From a virus (lineage: Duplodnaviria > Caudoviricetes), in IMG/VR virus record IMGVR_UViG_3300046012_000215, positions 1 through 63,563 of that record: DNA of 63,563 bases, one strand, 5' to 3'. How positions within the stretch are numbered: the first letter of the stretch is position 1; each line of letters opens with the position of its first letter. Position numbers and translations under genes: made by a program. The notes beneath the pieces were generated by a model. That model worked only from the letters and a program-made list of their open reading frames with translations. It made no database searches and was not told the origin of the DNA. Below, piece by piece: positions 18,901 through 27,913 of the stretch.

Positions 18901-19802
18901 ATAGCCGGAGGCGCTGCAAGCCTAAGATCAGTCACGACCGGAGACTCCGCCCAGCCATTGACGCTCTGCACCAGCCCCACGCCGGTCTTGCAGCGGATGT
19001 AGTCCACTCCCGTCGCAGGCACGCCCGCCGTGCTCGATTCGTCGCAAGCCGTTCCATGCGCGCCAGTAGGCAACGCAGCTAAAGCAGCAGAGGACGGAGT
19101 ACCAAACACTCCACTTGGGGCTACAAGAGGCCCGGTTAATGTGCAACCTGTAAGTAAGCAGTAGAAAGTGGAATAATCTGAACTAGAGGCTGTGACAGCT
19201 CCAGTTCGGGTAAAGACTGAACTAACTGCTCCACCACCCCCACCGCAAGGAGCTCCAGAATCAGTTAAATTTCCAGAAGCATCCCACTTAGGACAATTAT
19301 TAGCTGGAGTAGAGCCGGACACCGTAGCTAACTTAGTGGTATTTCCAGCATAAGTGAATGGAAAATCAGCAGTCACTAGTGATCTAAGAACCGCATTTCC
19401 ACTAGCTCCATTAGGAGTAGCAAAAATTAAGTTAGCTGCCCCCATAGGAGTAGACCCACAAGGTTGAGAGCCTATAGTGCTAGTAGTTACCCAATAAGCG
19501 CAATTTGGAGCAGTAATTGTTCCTGAAATGGTAGGAAATGTTCCACCACCAACTCCAACAAAAGAGCCCGCAGTTACTGATCCACCAATTAAAACATTTC
19601 CAGTTACTGAAAGAGCTGGAAATGGCAAGTTTCCTGAAAGTAAAAGATCTATTCTATTAAAATTGTAATTAAGGGGGAGATTCCAATTAGTTGAGCCATT
19701 AGATGGAATCTCAAGAGCAATATTAGGAGTAGGAGTAAACTGAGCCATTGCTAAAAAATTTAATCCAAATAGTACTACTAAAGCTGGCCAGAACTTTTTC
19801 AT
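15951..19802 (-). CDS. Large tail fibre/adhesin with N-terminal signal peptide
   Basis: Follows the baseplate fibre gene; MKKFWPALVVLFGLNFLAMA|Q, then TPNIALEIP...W..PLN.NF..ID fibre-type start, VSSVFTRTGAV repeat, many paired Cys. Confidence 0.75.
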   Translation of the reverse strand: MKKFWPALVVLFGLNFLAMAQFTPTPNIALEIPSNGSTNWNLPLNYNFNRIDLLLSGNLPFPALSVTGNVLIGGSVTAGSFVGVGGGTFPTISGTITAPNCAYWVTTSTIGSQPCGSTPMGAANLIFATPNGASGNAVLRSLVTADFPFTYAGNTTKLATVSGSTPANNCPKWDASGNLTDSGAPCGGGGGAVSSVFTRTGAVTASSSDYSTFYCLLTGCTLTGPLVAPSGVFGTPSSAALAALPTGAHGTACDESSTAGVPATGVDYIRCKTGVGLVQSVNGWAESPVVTDLRLAAPPAIGSTTAAPSVASNIVNGIYDPQGYQTGGGSNGIVNAFTAGASAVLVPPTYTGTESVIAVAMPDRTSLQALGGGNNVQVYWNFGAEAGNIPGDVTRTAKQIYCGDNGIPGDVGNSDEGHGCEHMNFSDWFPGYDIGNPSIPGLEIGNIASGHVNVSGTTVTWADGTTFTSPCGTLTCWNTISMTLTTGGQNLIYQITSCASTTSCTLATSPGTLTDVAYQVGGLAGWTGSFIEKYDSDSYNQGIHQVIAIGGGFFGSGDKQLINIGTAVKPAAIAASDQGSYGIYNQSFEAPMWSGTVTTGGTGVTSLAVNNNHGAGPRAPLLDLATKISGCTGTFVSSSGGLATVDLSGGGCASSAASFEGNVPLEIDIGLIPDNRTNAPTSRTFTINCTANCGTGLTTSDVLYFGQGILFESVKPTSVGTYSGTSSSGTQQITASFRFSHLPNEQFCSGGFAGYYYDQTTFDVGGYHYMHNVVCSLSTTRVLMGYMVPNLIRNGIVTGPGDLYQGADVTYVSDDGVTVGVEDNNVAWTSSDNLWNPNLASQIWEGIVNYTRNEDPYAATQGIDQQLIGNGWLGVPIVNTTNKYQNTFNYLPATQSYQGAGGTYITPIFAGIGTSNPGAGPYAGLFDMEYDPVGEVGGTGYLLRTQGEIAGTTQHCFSLWEQRDQTSSIAYCHDTQEMTIQATVGGIALEGSQVSTNNFTPVTLNDGLNVARGGCTGCVSGTVGYIPVITPGNATGDSPLDSGITLAGIVNSTQEIRAPNFSGGLSNGNGITIIGAYPGVIPLTGSAQFLMPSYNYGGGANGGGGQVWMHGENAAGYLLVDTADNSHGGGMCFGCAIGTNVPFGFELSTGGLFLDGHTGYAYANNTGAVTYSATIPVANIAAGDAISSATGGSGTGTVTCASATCTNLRGNYTVAGGTFTTGTLLALVWPTTTTAYVCSASVLNNATGASIGYHSIATATGMNITSLTSALGLSVDIDYTCTP

Positions 19803-19852
19803 TCTTACTCCTAATAAACTTGAGAAATCGCTTAGAAATCAACTAGTAAAAA

Positions 19853-20854
19853 TTAGCTATTAGGTGTTGTCTCAATCCAATTCTGTAAAGTGGCACCGGC
19901 TCCACCTGCTTGAACTAGATACCAGTAGCCTATAGGAACATCAAAAGTGGCCGTCATCCACGCTGGTGCGGTAGTCGTGGGCGTCACGGAAACTTGAGAG
20001 ACAAGCAAAGCAGGCGAGGAGGTGGGGCCTATGAAGGCTACCAACTGACCTTCGCTATCCGCTCCGTGAAAGGCTACTACATTAACCCTCATCGGGACGC
20101 CGCTGGTATTTTGAAACGTAGTACCCAGAGAACGTGATCCAGTTAAATCATTAACTGAAATGTTGGGAGAGGAGATTGGTCTCGGTACAAACGATCCTCC
20201 AACATTAGTTAAAACTTCTCCAGCAGAACCGGGAGAATTTAAGGTTAAAGTAGCTGTTATTAAATTCTCAGCAAAAGAATTACTGGAGTCACTAGTAAGT
20301 ATTCCTATTGGACGAAGATTACCAGCTGAGTCTGCTTTAAAAAGCATCAAACTAGTTGAATTAGCAATAGGATCAGGTTGAACATTAAATCCAGTTACAA
20401 ATGAAGGCCAGTTAATCGTTCGACCGCCAGTTGCGTCCTGAGTTAAAATAAAAGCCACTACTTGACCAGAGGTGACACCAGTTATTGTACCGCCAGAGAT
20501 GTTTCCAGCTAAAGTTATCTGAAATCCGTTGGAAACAGCTGCATTTAGAGCGGGAGTCGGGGAATAAGAAACTACAGTTAAATTATTAGCTAAATCAGAA
20601 AAAGTAACAAGATTCGATAACTGACTCACTAGAGCACTGTAATTACTATCTAGCATGCTCAAGCCTTTATTAGATAAAGCTTGAGCTAAAGCAGCCACCA
20701 TAGTAGTTACTTGGTAAAAAAGCTTATTAGCTAGTTGATCATTAAAAATCTGACCGTTGATCGCTCCATTAACTCTCTGACTATCTGCAGTATAGCCTGC
20801 ATCAGTTTCTTGATTAGCTGCTCCAGGGTTAAATTGTAGAAAGTTCGTTGCCAT
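19853..20854 (-). CDS. Baseplate-attached tail fibre protein
   Basis: Position after the DUF2612-like gene; MATNFLQF...NKLFYQ N-terminus, LTQDATGGRTINWP, C-terminal VPIGYWY domain. Confidence 0.8.
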   Translation of the reverse strand: MATNFLQFNPGAANQETDAGYTADSQRVNGAINGQIFNDQLANKLFYQVTTMVAALAQALSNKGLSMLDSNYSALVSQLSNLVTFSDLANNLTVVSYSPTPALNAAVSNGFQITLAGNISGGTITGVTSGQVVAFILTQDATGGRTINWPSFVTGFNVQPDPIANSTSLMLFKADSAGNLRPIGILTSDSSNSFAENLITATLTLNSPGSAGEVLTNVGGSFVPRPISSPNISVNDLTGSRSLGTTFQNTSGVPMRVNVVAFHGADSEGQLVAFIGPTSSPALLVSQVSVTPTTTAPAWMTATFDVPIGYWYLVQAGGAGATLQNWIETTPNS

Positions 20855-20863
20855 CTAATCTCC

Positions 20864-21448
20864 TTAACCCCAGTTACCTACACCGAAACCAGCAATGAAC
20901 GCATTATTAGGACCGAATCCGAAGAATGGTAAGATTCCAAAGTCATAGAAATACTGAACTGCTTGTGGCCTAGGAACGATCATATCATGAGAGATCATAT
21001 CTTCTATGATAGAAGAAAAAGATCCGGTAATAACAATAGTGGCCGTCATGTTCTGATTATCAATAATTGATATCTTGCCACCGGGAAATAAATTCGCCCA
21101 TATGCCATAGAGACTGTTAATCTTTCCATCCCATTGATTATTAGCTATAGTAGCTTTTATCAATAATCGGTAAGTATCATCCGTTAAAACTGGACTGACT
21201 CCACCACTAGGCTGAAAAGGAACAGTTCTTGAAACCCCAACTATCTCGCCAAGAATGTCTAATTGATTTCCTACCGCAAAGTCAAGGTCGAAATTAGAGC
21301 TAATGAACTGTAAACAGTTAGAAATATCAGTAGCTATTGATAAGACTGAGTTCATCCACTGAATAAACTCAGGACTATTCTTATACTCTGAAGTTAACAG
21401 ATTAGCGTAATAACCAGCAGGTAAAGACTGTACAGGAGAGGTTCCCAC
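20864..21448 (-). CDS. Baseplate wedge protein (DUF2612-like)
   Basis: FDLDFAVGNQLDILGEIVGVSR, L.DD.YR.LIKA, N.WDG, DNQNMT. Confidence 0.85.
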   Translation of the reverse strand: MGTSPVQSLPAGYYANLLTSEYKNSPEFIQWMNSVLSIATDISNCLQFISSNFDLDFAVGNQLDILGEIVGVSRTVPFQPSGGVSPVLTDDTYRLLIKATIANNQWDGKINSLYGIWANLFPGGKISIIDNQNMTATIVITGSFSSIIEDMISHDMIVPRPQAVQYFYDFGILPFFGFGPNNAFIAGFGVGNWG

Positions 21449-21449
21449 G

Positions 21450-22646
21450 CTACACCACCGTCAGTACAATATTACCTAAGATTCCTTGAGAAACTTCAAA
21501 GAATTGAAGAGTAATATCAGTAGTTCCTACCGGACTAGCTGAAGTGCCTAAGGTCAAAGCTCTGATGGAATAATCTGGAGAAGTAAGCACAGTAGAAGAC
21601 ATAGCCGCTGCGTAAAGAGCAGACTGGGTAATTTCTTCACCGATTTGTAGACTATTAAGATAGTTAACCAAAGCCGATTTGATGCTTGACTGCATCGCGG
21701 TGTTAAAGGCTGAGGTTAATCCATGAACCGACAAACTCACGAAAATTGGAACTAGAGTCGGTCTAACGAAGCCTATATCTGTAGTTGCCATAGACACTGG
21801 ATCAACTACTGGAACAATAGTCATCGTAGGAACTGTAGCTCCTTGAGTGTTACAACCTATTCCTCTGTTATTATAGATTGCGGTAGCTACGTCTAAGTCT
21901 ATTCCACCCATCACAACACAAGTTAAAGAATGGCTCTCATTACCAAAAGCATCTGTTGTAGAAGTTTGATTCTCCAAAATGTTAGTTAAAGTGACACCTG
22001 GAACAGCTTTAATTTCAGCTGTTGTTCCAGCTAGTCTAGTACTGGAGGGGAGGGCTACTGAAATAGATTGACGAGCACGAAGAGCTGAGTCACTCTCAAT
22101 TGAAGTACCAAGAACAGCAGGTGAAGAATTGGTGACGCTAGCCCAACCAGCAGTAAAGCCACCTACAGGATTAATCACTGTGTTAGCATTAGTACTAACT
22201 GGGCCATTTTGCTGGCAGACAGCGATAACTGTAATGGAGCCACCACCTCCAATAGTAACTGAAGGAGGCAAAGACCACAGAACCCCATTAGTGTCAGCAA
22301 TAACAGCATTGATGATAACTGTTCCTGGGGCTCCAGTTAAGGTTAAAGAAACTGTAGAAGGAGATGAAGATTTTCTAGCTAATCCATTCAGCTTAACAAT
22401 GGAGTCTAAGTCAGCTCCAATCGCCGTTATAGGTGACCTAGAATTGTAAGATAATGCGCAAAGTCCACAGTTATCACTGAGTTTGAGACTCACAGCGGAA
22501 ATCCATTGAAAGTCTGCTGAGTCATTTCCGAGATATGTCGTTGACCCATAGATTGACTGATAACTAGCAGTTAACGCATCCTGAATGTCAGAAAAGGAAG
22601 GCACGGTTAGTCCAGCCGAAGTTACTACTGGAGAAGAGTAAGCCAT
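21450..22646 (-). CDS. Baseplate J-like wedge protein
   Basis: A.G.DLD...NGL.RK, GWASVTN...G...ESD..LR.R, HS...VV.GG. Confidence 0.9.
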   Translation of the reverse strand: MAYSSPVVTSAGLTVPSFSDIQDALTASYQSIYGSTTYLGNDSADFQWISAVSLKLSDNCGLCALSYNSRSPITAIGADLDSIVKLNGLARKSSSPSTVSLTLTGAPGTVIINAVIADTNGVLWSLPPSVTIGGGGSITVIAVCQQNGPVSTNANTVINPVGGFTAGWASVTNSSPAVLGTSIESDSALRARQSISVALPSSTRLAGTTAEIKAVPGVTLTNILENQTSTTDAFGNESHSLTCVVMGGIDLDVATAIYNNRGIGCNTQGATVPTMTIVPVVDPVSMATTDIGFVRPTLVPIFVSLSVHGLTSAFNTAMQSSIKSALVNYLNSLQIGEEITQSALYAAAMSSTVLTSPDYSIRALTLGTSASPVGTTDITLQFFEVSQGILGNIVLTVV

Positions 22647-22656
22647 TCGACCTTCC

Positions 22657-23049
22657 TTAGTTTTCTAAATTAGCTGAATTTCCAGGAGAGTTACCAATAG
22701 TGATAGTCCCGAATTGAGTTGATACTGATGCTGTATAGACAAATTGTCTATTTTGGAAAGAAGCATTAAAGTTAGAAACTCCAATGACGAATGGAGTTCC
22801 TAAGATTCTAGCTGCTATTAGATTGATCACCACTTGAAGACTTCTAGGAGAGCCTGAAGAGCCTAGAATTTTTTGAAATAGCGGTAAACCATCTAATAGA
22901 TTTAGAAACCATTCTCCCTGAAACATTTTTAATCTAGTGGCTAAGATTTGAGCTACAGCCTCTAAATCTGATATAAAGTTAGACTGACCATTACCTTGTT
23001 GAGGTTCCCATGTTTTAGAGTCTAATTTTCTAACTGTGATAGTTGCCAT
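22657..23049 (-). CDS. Baseplate gp25/gp46-like sheath initiator
   Basis: EAVAQ...TRLKMFQGEWFLNLLDGLP; synteny. Confidence 0.8.
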   Translation of the reverse strand: MATITVRKLDSKTWEPQQGNGQSNFISDLEAVAQILATRLKMFQGEWFLNLLDGLPLFQKILGSSGSPRSLQVVINLIAARILGTPFVIGVSNFNASFQNRQFVYTASVSTQFGTITIGNSPGNSANLEN

Positions 23050-23759
23050 TACTCAGCCTCAAATACGGTTGTAAAAGAACCGGTTGGCGGTGACGGCCCG
23101 ACGTAACCTTTAGATGTTAAAAAAGGTAAAACATTCGTGATGAACCAAGTGTAAAATAACTTAGTCATTATAGGATTATGAGTTCCGCCACTAGCCAAAG
23201 CTTTAATTAAAGGTCCCGTAATCGATATTCCGGCCGAAGAGAGGTCGATGACGATGGCTTGATCATCTGATCTGATTTGTACTGATGAAGTAGAGTAATT
23301 AGATAACACATTCGGCTGAGACCATGGACCAAATACTGCAAAGGCATCTGAGAGGTCGTGTCGTCTTCGATCGAATGGTGGATTGATTCCTCCATTTTGC
23401 CACCATCCGTCTATACACGTATCAGCGAAGATTAAAAGGCACTCAGTACCAGGAATTATAGGAAAAGTAATAGACCAGCCAGGAACCCGGGACATGAGGA
23501 TCGGAACATCTTGAATTGGCTTAATGGTCGTCGCTACTGGAATGTTTTGAGCGGTTCCCGGATTTTGTACTTGAGGTGTAGCTGGAGGAGGCTGATTGAT
23601 TATTTCCTGAATAGTCGGTTGAACTACTACAGTTTGCTTCTCAGGATCAAAAGAAACTACGACAGCTGGAATCGCAGTTCTCATCATACACGCCCATTGC
23701 CAAAGAGCACCCTCGATAGGTTCAGTCTGTAAAGCTAATCGTTCCTGAATAGAGAGCAT
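23049..23759 (-). CDS. Baseplate central spike (Gp138-N-like)
   Basis: TAIPAVVVSFD...VQP...DVP...FPI.PG.ECL..F.D..ID.WW...R.HDLSDA. Confidence 0.85.
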   Translation of the reverse strand: MLSIQERLALQTEPIEGALWQWACMMRTAIPAVVVSFDPEKQTVVVQPTIQEIINQPPPATPQVQNPGTAQNIPVATTIKPIQDVPILMSRVPGWSITFPIIPGTECLLIFADTCIDGWWQNGGINPPFDRRRHDLSDAFAVFGPWSQPNVLSNYSTSSVQIRSDDQAIVIDLSSAGISITGPLIKALASGGTHNPIMTKLFYTWFITNVLPFLTSKGYVGPSPPTGSFTTVFEAE

Positions 23760-24865
23760 TAGTTTCCCGTCGCATCAGCTTGAAGACTTTGACCCAGTAG
23801 TTGAATAGCTTGCTGAATCTGAGCTATTCCAGTAATTTCAGAGTACCAAGCATTTCCTCTAGTATCTCCAATAAACCGAACACCAACTACAGCGTACTGA
23901 TCTATTAAAGGAACAGGAGGTCCAGTACCTTCAGGCAAAGGATAAGGAATAGGAGCTTGACGAATGAATTTACTCTGAACAGCTACTAAAGGTAAGGGAG
24001 CTTTTACCTGAACTGTTGGATCTAGTAAAACTCTAAAATTAACCCCTAATTGAGTCTGTTGAGGTTGCCCGATTAAACTAAGAGTAGTTTTACCGACTCT
24101 GTTAGGAGGCCCGCCATCGGTATTGACTGGAGCATAGGTTGCTACTAATTCTCCTAAAGGGTTTTGAAAAGAAGCAACACTCCAACCTTTAGAATCTATC
24201 CATGAAGCTAAACTGTTCTGATCGGCTATTGAGCGAAGATAGCCGATCGGATTTCCGAAGAAAGACTTACCTCTAGGAAGATTGGCTGAACCTCGTTGTG
24301 GAAAAGCTGAAGAAATAGCTTCTTTAACTTGAGACTCATTTATCCGAACTGGGCTCATAGCATTATCTGCGATGAACTTAGCTTGAGAAAACTGAGTTGA
24401 AAGAGCTGGAATTGTTCCATTAAGAAAATTTTGAGTAGAAAGTACTCGATTCAATAAGCAGTGTACAATGAGCCTTTTATCAACTACATCCAATCGATCC
24501 TGAATAGTATAGAAAATCGGTCCACTCCAAATGATTGGAGGAGTTCCAGGAAAAGGATAGTCAGCTTGGTAGCCTGCAGACACGGTTACTATATCGCCTT
24601 CTTGGATGATCGCATCATAAAGATTGATACCAGCAGAGGGACCTACAGAGATTGGACCATCAGCATTCCAGATAGCAATTTCTGCTTGCCAGAAGGCTGA
24701 AAAAGCATATTGAATGATCTCAAAAGTAAATCTTAAAGCGCTTGGTTCAAAAGAATCACTAGAAATAACAATAGGGGTTCCGGCACTTGGGCCTTGCTGA
24801 GGAGTGATAGTTAAAGTATAAGCCCTACCAAAGAAGGGAATTTTTGATACTGATAAAGAAGTCAT
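23759..24865 (-). CDS. Baseplate hub protein
   Basis: FGRAYTLTI, AEIAIWN, SAGY, LIGQPQQT, GDTRGNAWYS. Confidence 0.8.
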   Translation of the reverse strand: MTSLSVSKIPFFGRAYTLTITPQQGPSAGTPIVISSDSFEPSALRFTFEIIQYAFSAFWQAEIAIWNADGPISVGPSAGINLYDAIIQEGDIVTVSAGYQADYPFPGTPPIIWSGPIFYTIQDRLDVVDKRLIVHCLLNRVLSTQNFLNGTIPALSTQFSQAKFIADNAMSPVRINESQVKEAISSAFPQRGSANLPRGKSFFGNPIGYLRSIADQNSLASWIDSKGWSVASFQNPLGELVATYAPVNTDGGPPNRVGKTTLSLIGQPQQTQLGVNFRVLLDPTVQVKAPLPLVAVQSKFIRQAPIPYPLPEGTGPPVPLIDQYAVVGVRFIGDTRGNAWYSEITGIAQIQQAIQLLGQSLQADATGN

Positions 24866-25287
24866 TAGACTTTAGGGGAGTCTCCGACCCAGAGTTGAAA
24901 ATCGGTACCTAAATTTGTTGAGTTAGGATAATCTAAACCACCTTGACCAGATTCTCCACCGTAAGCACCAAATCCATATGGTCCTTCTCCGTACCCTAAA
25001 TCTGAACCATTAGGAGATAAATTAGCTACGTTGATAATGAACCAACTACCTATTCCAAGATACCTCTGCTGTTCTAGTAGATTAGCAGCTGGGTAATTAC
25101 CACAAAGCATCGGAATCGAGTCGATGAGGAGGTTGTTGTTCACATCAGAAATACTCAAAATCCAGTAACCTGACATTTCATTAAAGTTAACAGTTAAATT
25201 TAAAGTAAGAGGTGCTCCATCTACTTGAAGCTGAACTGTTAATGTCTGATTAGGAGCATTAGTGAGCGGGATGACTTGAAGGCTCAT
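24865..25287 (-). CDS. Baseplate plug-like protein with YG-rich insertion
   Basis: IPL...PNQTL...W...I.D...IP...G...NLL.Q; synteny. Confidence 0.7.
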   Translation of the reverse strand: MSLQVIPLTNAPNQTLTVQLQVDGAPLTLNLTVNFNEMSGYWILSISDVNNNLLIDSIPMLCGNYPAANLLEQQRYLGIGSWFIINVANLSPNGSDLGYGEGPYGFGAYGGESGQGGLDYPNSTNLGTDFQLWVGDSPKV

Positions 25288-25295
25288 TATCTCTC

Positions 25296-26072
25296 CTATT
25301 GACTCGAACCTAAATTATTACTGCTGACGTTTCCAGCTCCAGGGATGTTGGGATAAGTAGGAGTATTAGGCCACAGAGTAGAAGGAATGACATTCTGAAG
25401 AACTTGAGAAGAATTAGGCGCAGTTGACTGAACGATACCTGTAGTTGTGTTAGAAGTAGTTTGAGGTCTAGCACTAGAAGCTTGTTGTGATACTACACTA
25501 GCCGCTATTACTTCACTGAGGGTAATTGAAGCTTTAAGAGCGTGACGAGTTCGGTTATCATCTGGAGATACTGCGTCTACAATCAACATGTTGTAGTACG
25601 TGTCTAAGCGAGTAGTCAAAGTAATCAAAGTTCGATTTACTTGAAGACTCTTAATGATTTGCCAAGCTGATACACTCTTAGTCGAAGCTCCAACCCAAAC
25701 ACCATTGGAGAAAGAGGCCATCGCGTCACTCATGCCTATTTCTAGAATAACTTGAGCTGGTTTATTATAGGCGTGATCGGAGATGTTAGCACCAGTAAGA
25801 ACTGGATGCTGTGTCTTCTCTACTTGACGATGGTGACTTAATTTCATAACAGCGTCAAATACATAATTGATCTCGGCAGAAGTCACTTGACCAGAAGAGT
25901 TACTAGTCACAAGTGGAACAGTCAAGATCGTAAGGGCAGGCTGAGAGTACTGGGGTGGAGTCCAGACGCCAGCATCTGGTAAATCTATATCTGGAGGTTT
26001 ACTGGAAAAGAAAGTAACTATCTGTCCAGTGGCAACCTCTAGAAAATTAGGAAGATTTATTCCGCCGCCCAT
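25296..26072 (-). CDS. Baseplate tube-initiator/Dit-like protein
   Basis: FDAV...H...T.HPV.TGANISDHAY..P; T.L.TY.NM.I. Confidence 0.8.
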   Translation of the reverse strand: MGGGINLPNFLEVATGQIVTFFSSKPPDIDLPDAGVWTPPQYSQPALTILTVPLVTSNSSGQVTSAEINYVFDAVMKLSHHRQVEKTQHPVLTGANISDHAYNKPAQVILEIGMSDAMASFSNGVWVGASTKSVSAWQIIKSLQVNRTLITLTTRLDTYYNMLIVDAVSPDDNRTRHALKASITLSEVIAASVVSQQASSARPQTTSNTTTGIVQSTAPNSSQVLQNVIPSTLWPNTPTYPNIPGAGNVSSNNLGSSQ

Positions 26073-27706
26073 TAGTTAAAAGGACCTCCAGCCGTTTGAG
26101 CTGTTGTAGACCTAATTTTAGAATTCATCGTTTCATGAAGAATGTTTTTAACGAAAGGCGTCCACTGCTCTTCAGGCAAAGCATGAGGAACCTGAATGTT
26201 TAGATTCTCAATAACTACCCCACCACCTGAAGCTTGACTTTTGGCTGAAATTGAGCTATAATAGCTCAAGATACTAGAGACATAATCTTTAGTCTCAGAG
26301 TAAGGAGGAATACCCCCATACTTATCTACAGCAGTCGGTCCTGCGTTATAGGCAGCTAATGTTTTAGAAACATCTCCACCATATCGACTCTTAAGATCAG
26401 CAAGGTAATGAGCACCAGCATCGATGCTTTGAGATGGGTCGAATGAATTGGTGGCTCCATATTGAGAAGCTGTAGGGTCCATCAACTGCATCAAGCCCTT
26501 TGCTCCTTTAGAGCTTATTAGTCCAGGATTATACCCACTCTCTTGATGAATAACCGCTGAAAGAAAATTAGGATCAATTCCATACTTTAAACCAGCGGCT
26601 TGTATAAGTCCAGCTAAATCTGAGTTATTTACTGAACTATTTACTGAGTTAGTCGTTTTTTGTAAACTCAACGCATAATCAGAGAAGTTTTTAAGATCTG
26701 GATTCTTCTGGGCATCTTTAGCTGAACCGAAATAACCTTTAGCATCCGACACAATATCATGAAACTGATTCAAGATATCTTGTGTAAGAGCGTCTCTAGT
26801 TTTAAGGTCTCCAGAAGCTTGAGCTTTATTTCCACCAATCATGTCAGCGAAAATTTTAAAAGTATGATCCCCAATTTTACCTATTAAGTTTAAAGTAAAG
26901 ACAGTTTCTGTTAATAGTTGAAGCCAATCTTTAGTAGCACTGATTAGATTCTTTAAACTGAATTCAGTGGTGCTTAAAGATTTATCATTTAGTAATAAGC
27001 CAGTAAAAAAAAGAAAGTCTCCAGCAAACTGTTTAGTTACATCCTTCACATCTTTCATAATTAGTTCAAAGCTCTTCCAAACAGGCACTAGTCCACTAGA
27101 AACTTCATCGACTATATCTGGAAGATTGGTTGTGAACCAATCATTTAACTTATTGAAGGTATTTAAAAGATCGCCTGAACCAAATCCCAATTTTTGAAAC
27201 AGTTCATTAACTGTTCCCATGGTCATAAATTCAAGTTCAGTGGTGAACCTTTTCACTTCCATCCGAATATCTCGGATGCTTCTCATATTTCGTTCAAAGC
27301 CTGAGCCTAAGGAATTAGCTAGTTTAAGATTCTGCTCATACAAAAATTGAAATCTTTTGTTAAGCTCAGGGTCATAAGCGATCTGATCTAAAGAAGCTCC
27401 GAGTTCATCAGTGGCTAGTTGCATCGCCCTAGCAGACTCAGTGCTCATTAGCATTCTCATACCAAAGAGTCGGTATTGCTGATCAGCCATAGCTGTCTTA
27501 TCAGCTAAAGAAATTATGCTCAATCCAATTCCAGCAAATACACTAGTAATTGTCGCGTCTAACTTAACAAAACTAGTAGCTAAGCTAGTTACAAATGAAG
27601 TCGCGCTCCTATTAGACACACTTAAGACGTCATTAAACTTACGAAAAGAAAGTGTGTCTACTGAAGCCCCGAGCTTAACTAAATAGGATTCGAGAACATT
27701 ATCCAT
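26072..27706 (-). CDS. Short tape measure protein with C-terminal SLT lytic transglycosylase
   Basis: LESYLVKLG start; AVIHQESGYNP, GAKGLMQLM, AAYNAGP, PPYSET.DYV. Confidence 0.9.
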   Translation of the reverse strand: MDNVLESYLVKLGASVDTLSFRKFNDVLSVSNRSATSFVTSLATSFVKLDATITSVFAGIGLSIISLADKTAMADQQYRLFGMRMLMSTESARAMQLATDELGASLDQIAYDPELNKRFQFLYEQNLKLANSLGSGFERNMRSIRDIRMEVKRFTTELEFMTMGTVNELFQKLGFGSGDLLNTFNKLNDWFTTNLPDIVDEVSSGLVPVWKSFELIMKDVKDVTKQFAGDFLFFTGLLLNDKSLSTTEFSLKNLISATKDWLQLLTETVFTLNLIGKIGDHTFKIFADMIGGNKAQASGDLKTRDALTQDILNQFHDIVSDAKGYFGSAKDAQKNPDLKNFSDYALSLQKTTNSVNSSVNNSDLAGLIQAAGLKYGIDPNFLSAVIHQESGYNPGLISSKGAKGLMQLMDPTASQYGATNSFDPSQSIDAGAHYLADLKSRYGGDVSKTLAAYNAGPTAVDKYGGIPPYSETKDYVSSILSYYSSISAKSQASGGGVVIENLNIQVPHALPEEQWTPFVKNILHETMNSKIRSTTAQTAGGPFN

Positions 27707-27908
27707 TAGTTAACCTCTTCTCATATTCAACAGCTCGAGCTCTATTTTCATCTCGAACATCTAAAATCTCTAAAACATCTAGAAGATCATCAATGATGTA
27801 AGTACCATCGTAAGTCTCATGAAGTTTCCACAAGCCAACTTCCACCGGTCTCACGAGCATCGGATTTAAAGTGGGATAAAGCATAGGTTCCCACCCCACT
27901 CCACCCAT
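27699..27908 (-). CDS. Tail assembly chaperone extension (GT-like, reached by -1 frameshift)
   Basis: The -1 frame is open from the slippery site into this ORF; DGTY.IDDLLD..EILDV..EN. Confidence 0.75.
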   Translation of the reverse strand: MGGVGWEPMLYPTLNPMLVRPVEVGLWKLHETYDGTYIIDDLLDVLEILDVRDENRARAVEYEKRLTNG

Positions 27909-27913
27909 AGACT

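Noticed and set aside
13571-19146. Many 60-170 aa overlapping ORFs on both strands in the GC-rich island
   Set aside because: Shadow ORFs of three long genes; stop codons are rare in GC-rich sequence
15951-20854. Diversity-generating retroelement or invertible fibre cassette
   Set aside because: No reverse transcriptase, invertase or template/variable repeat pair was seen
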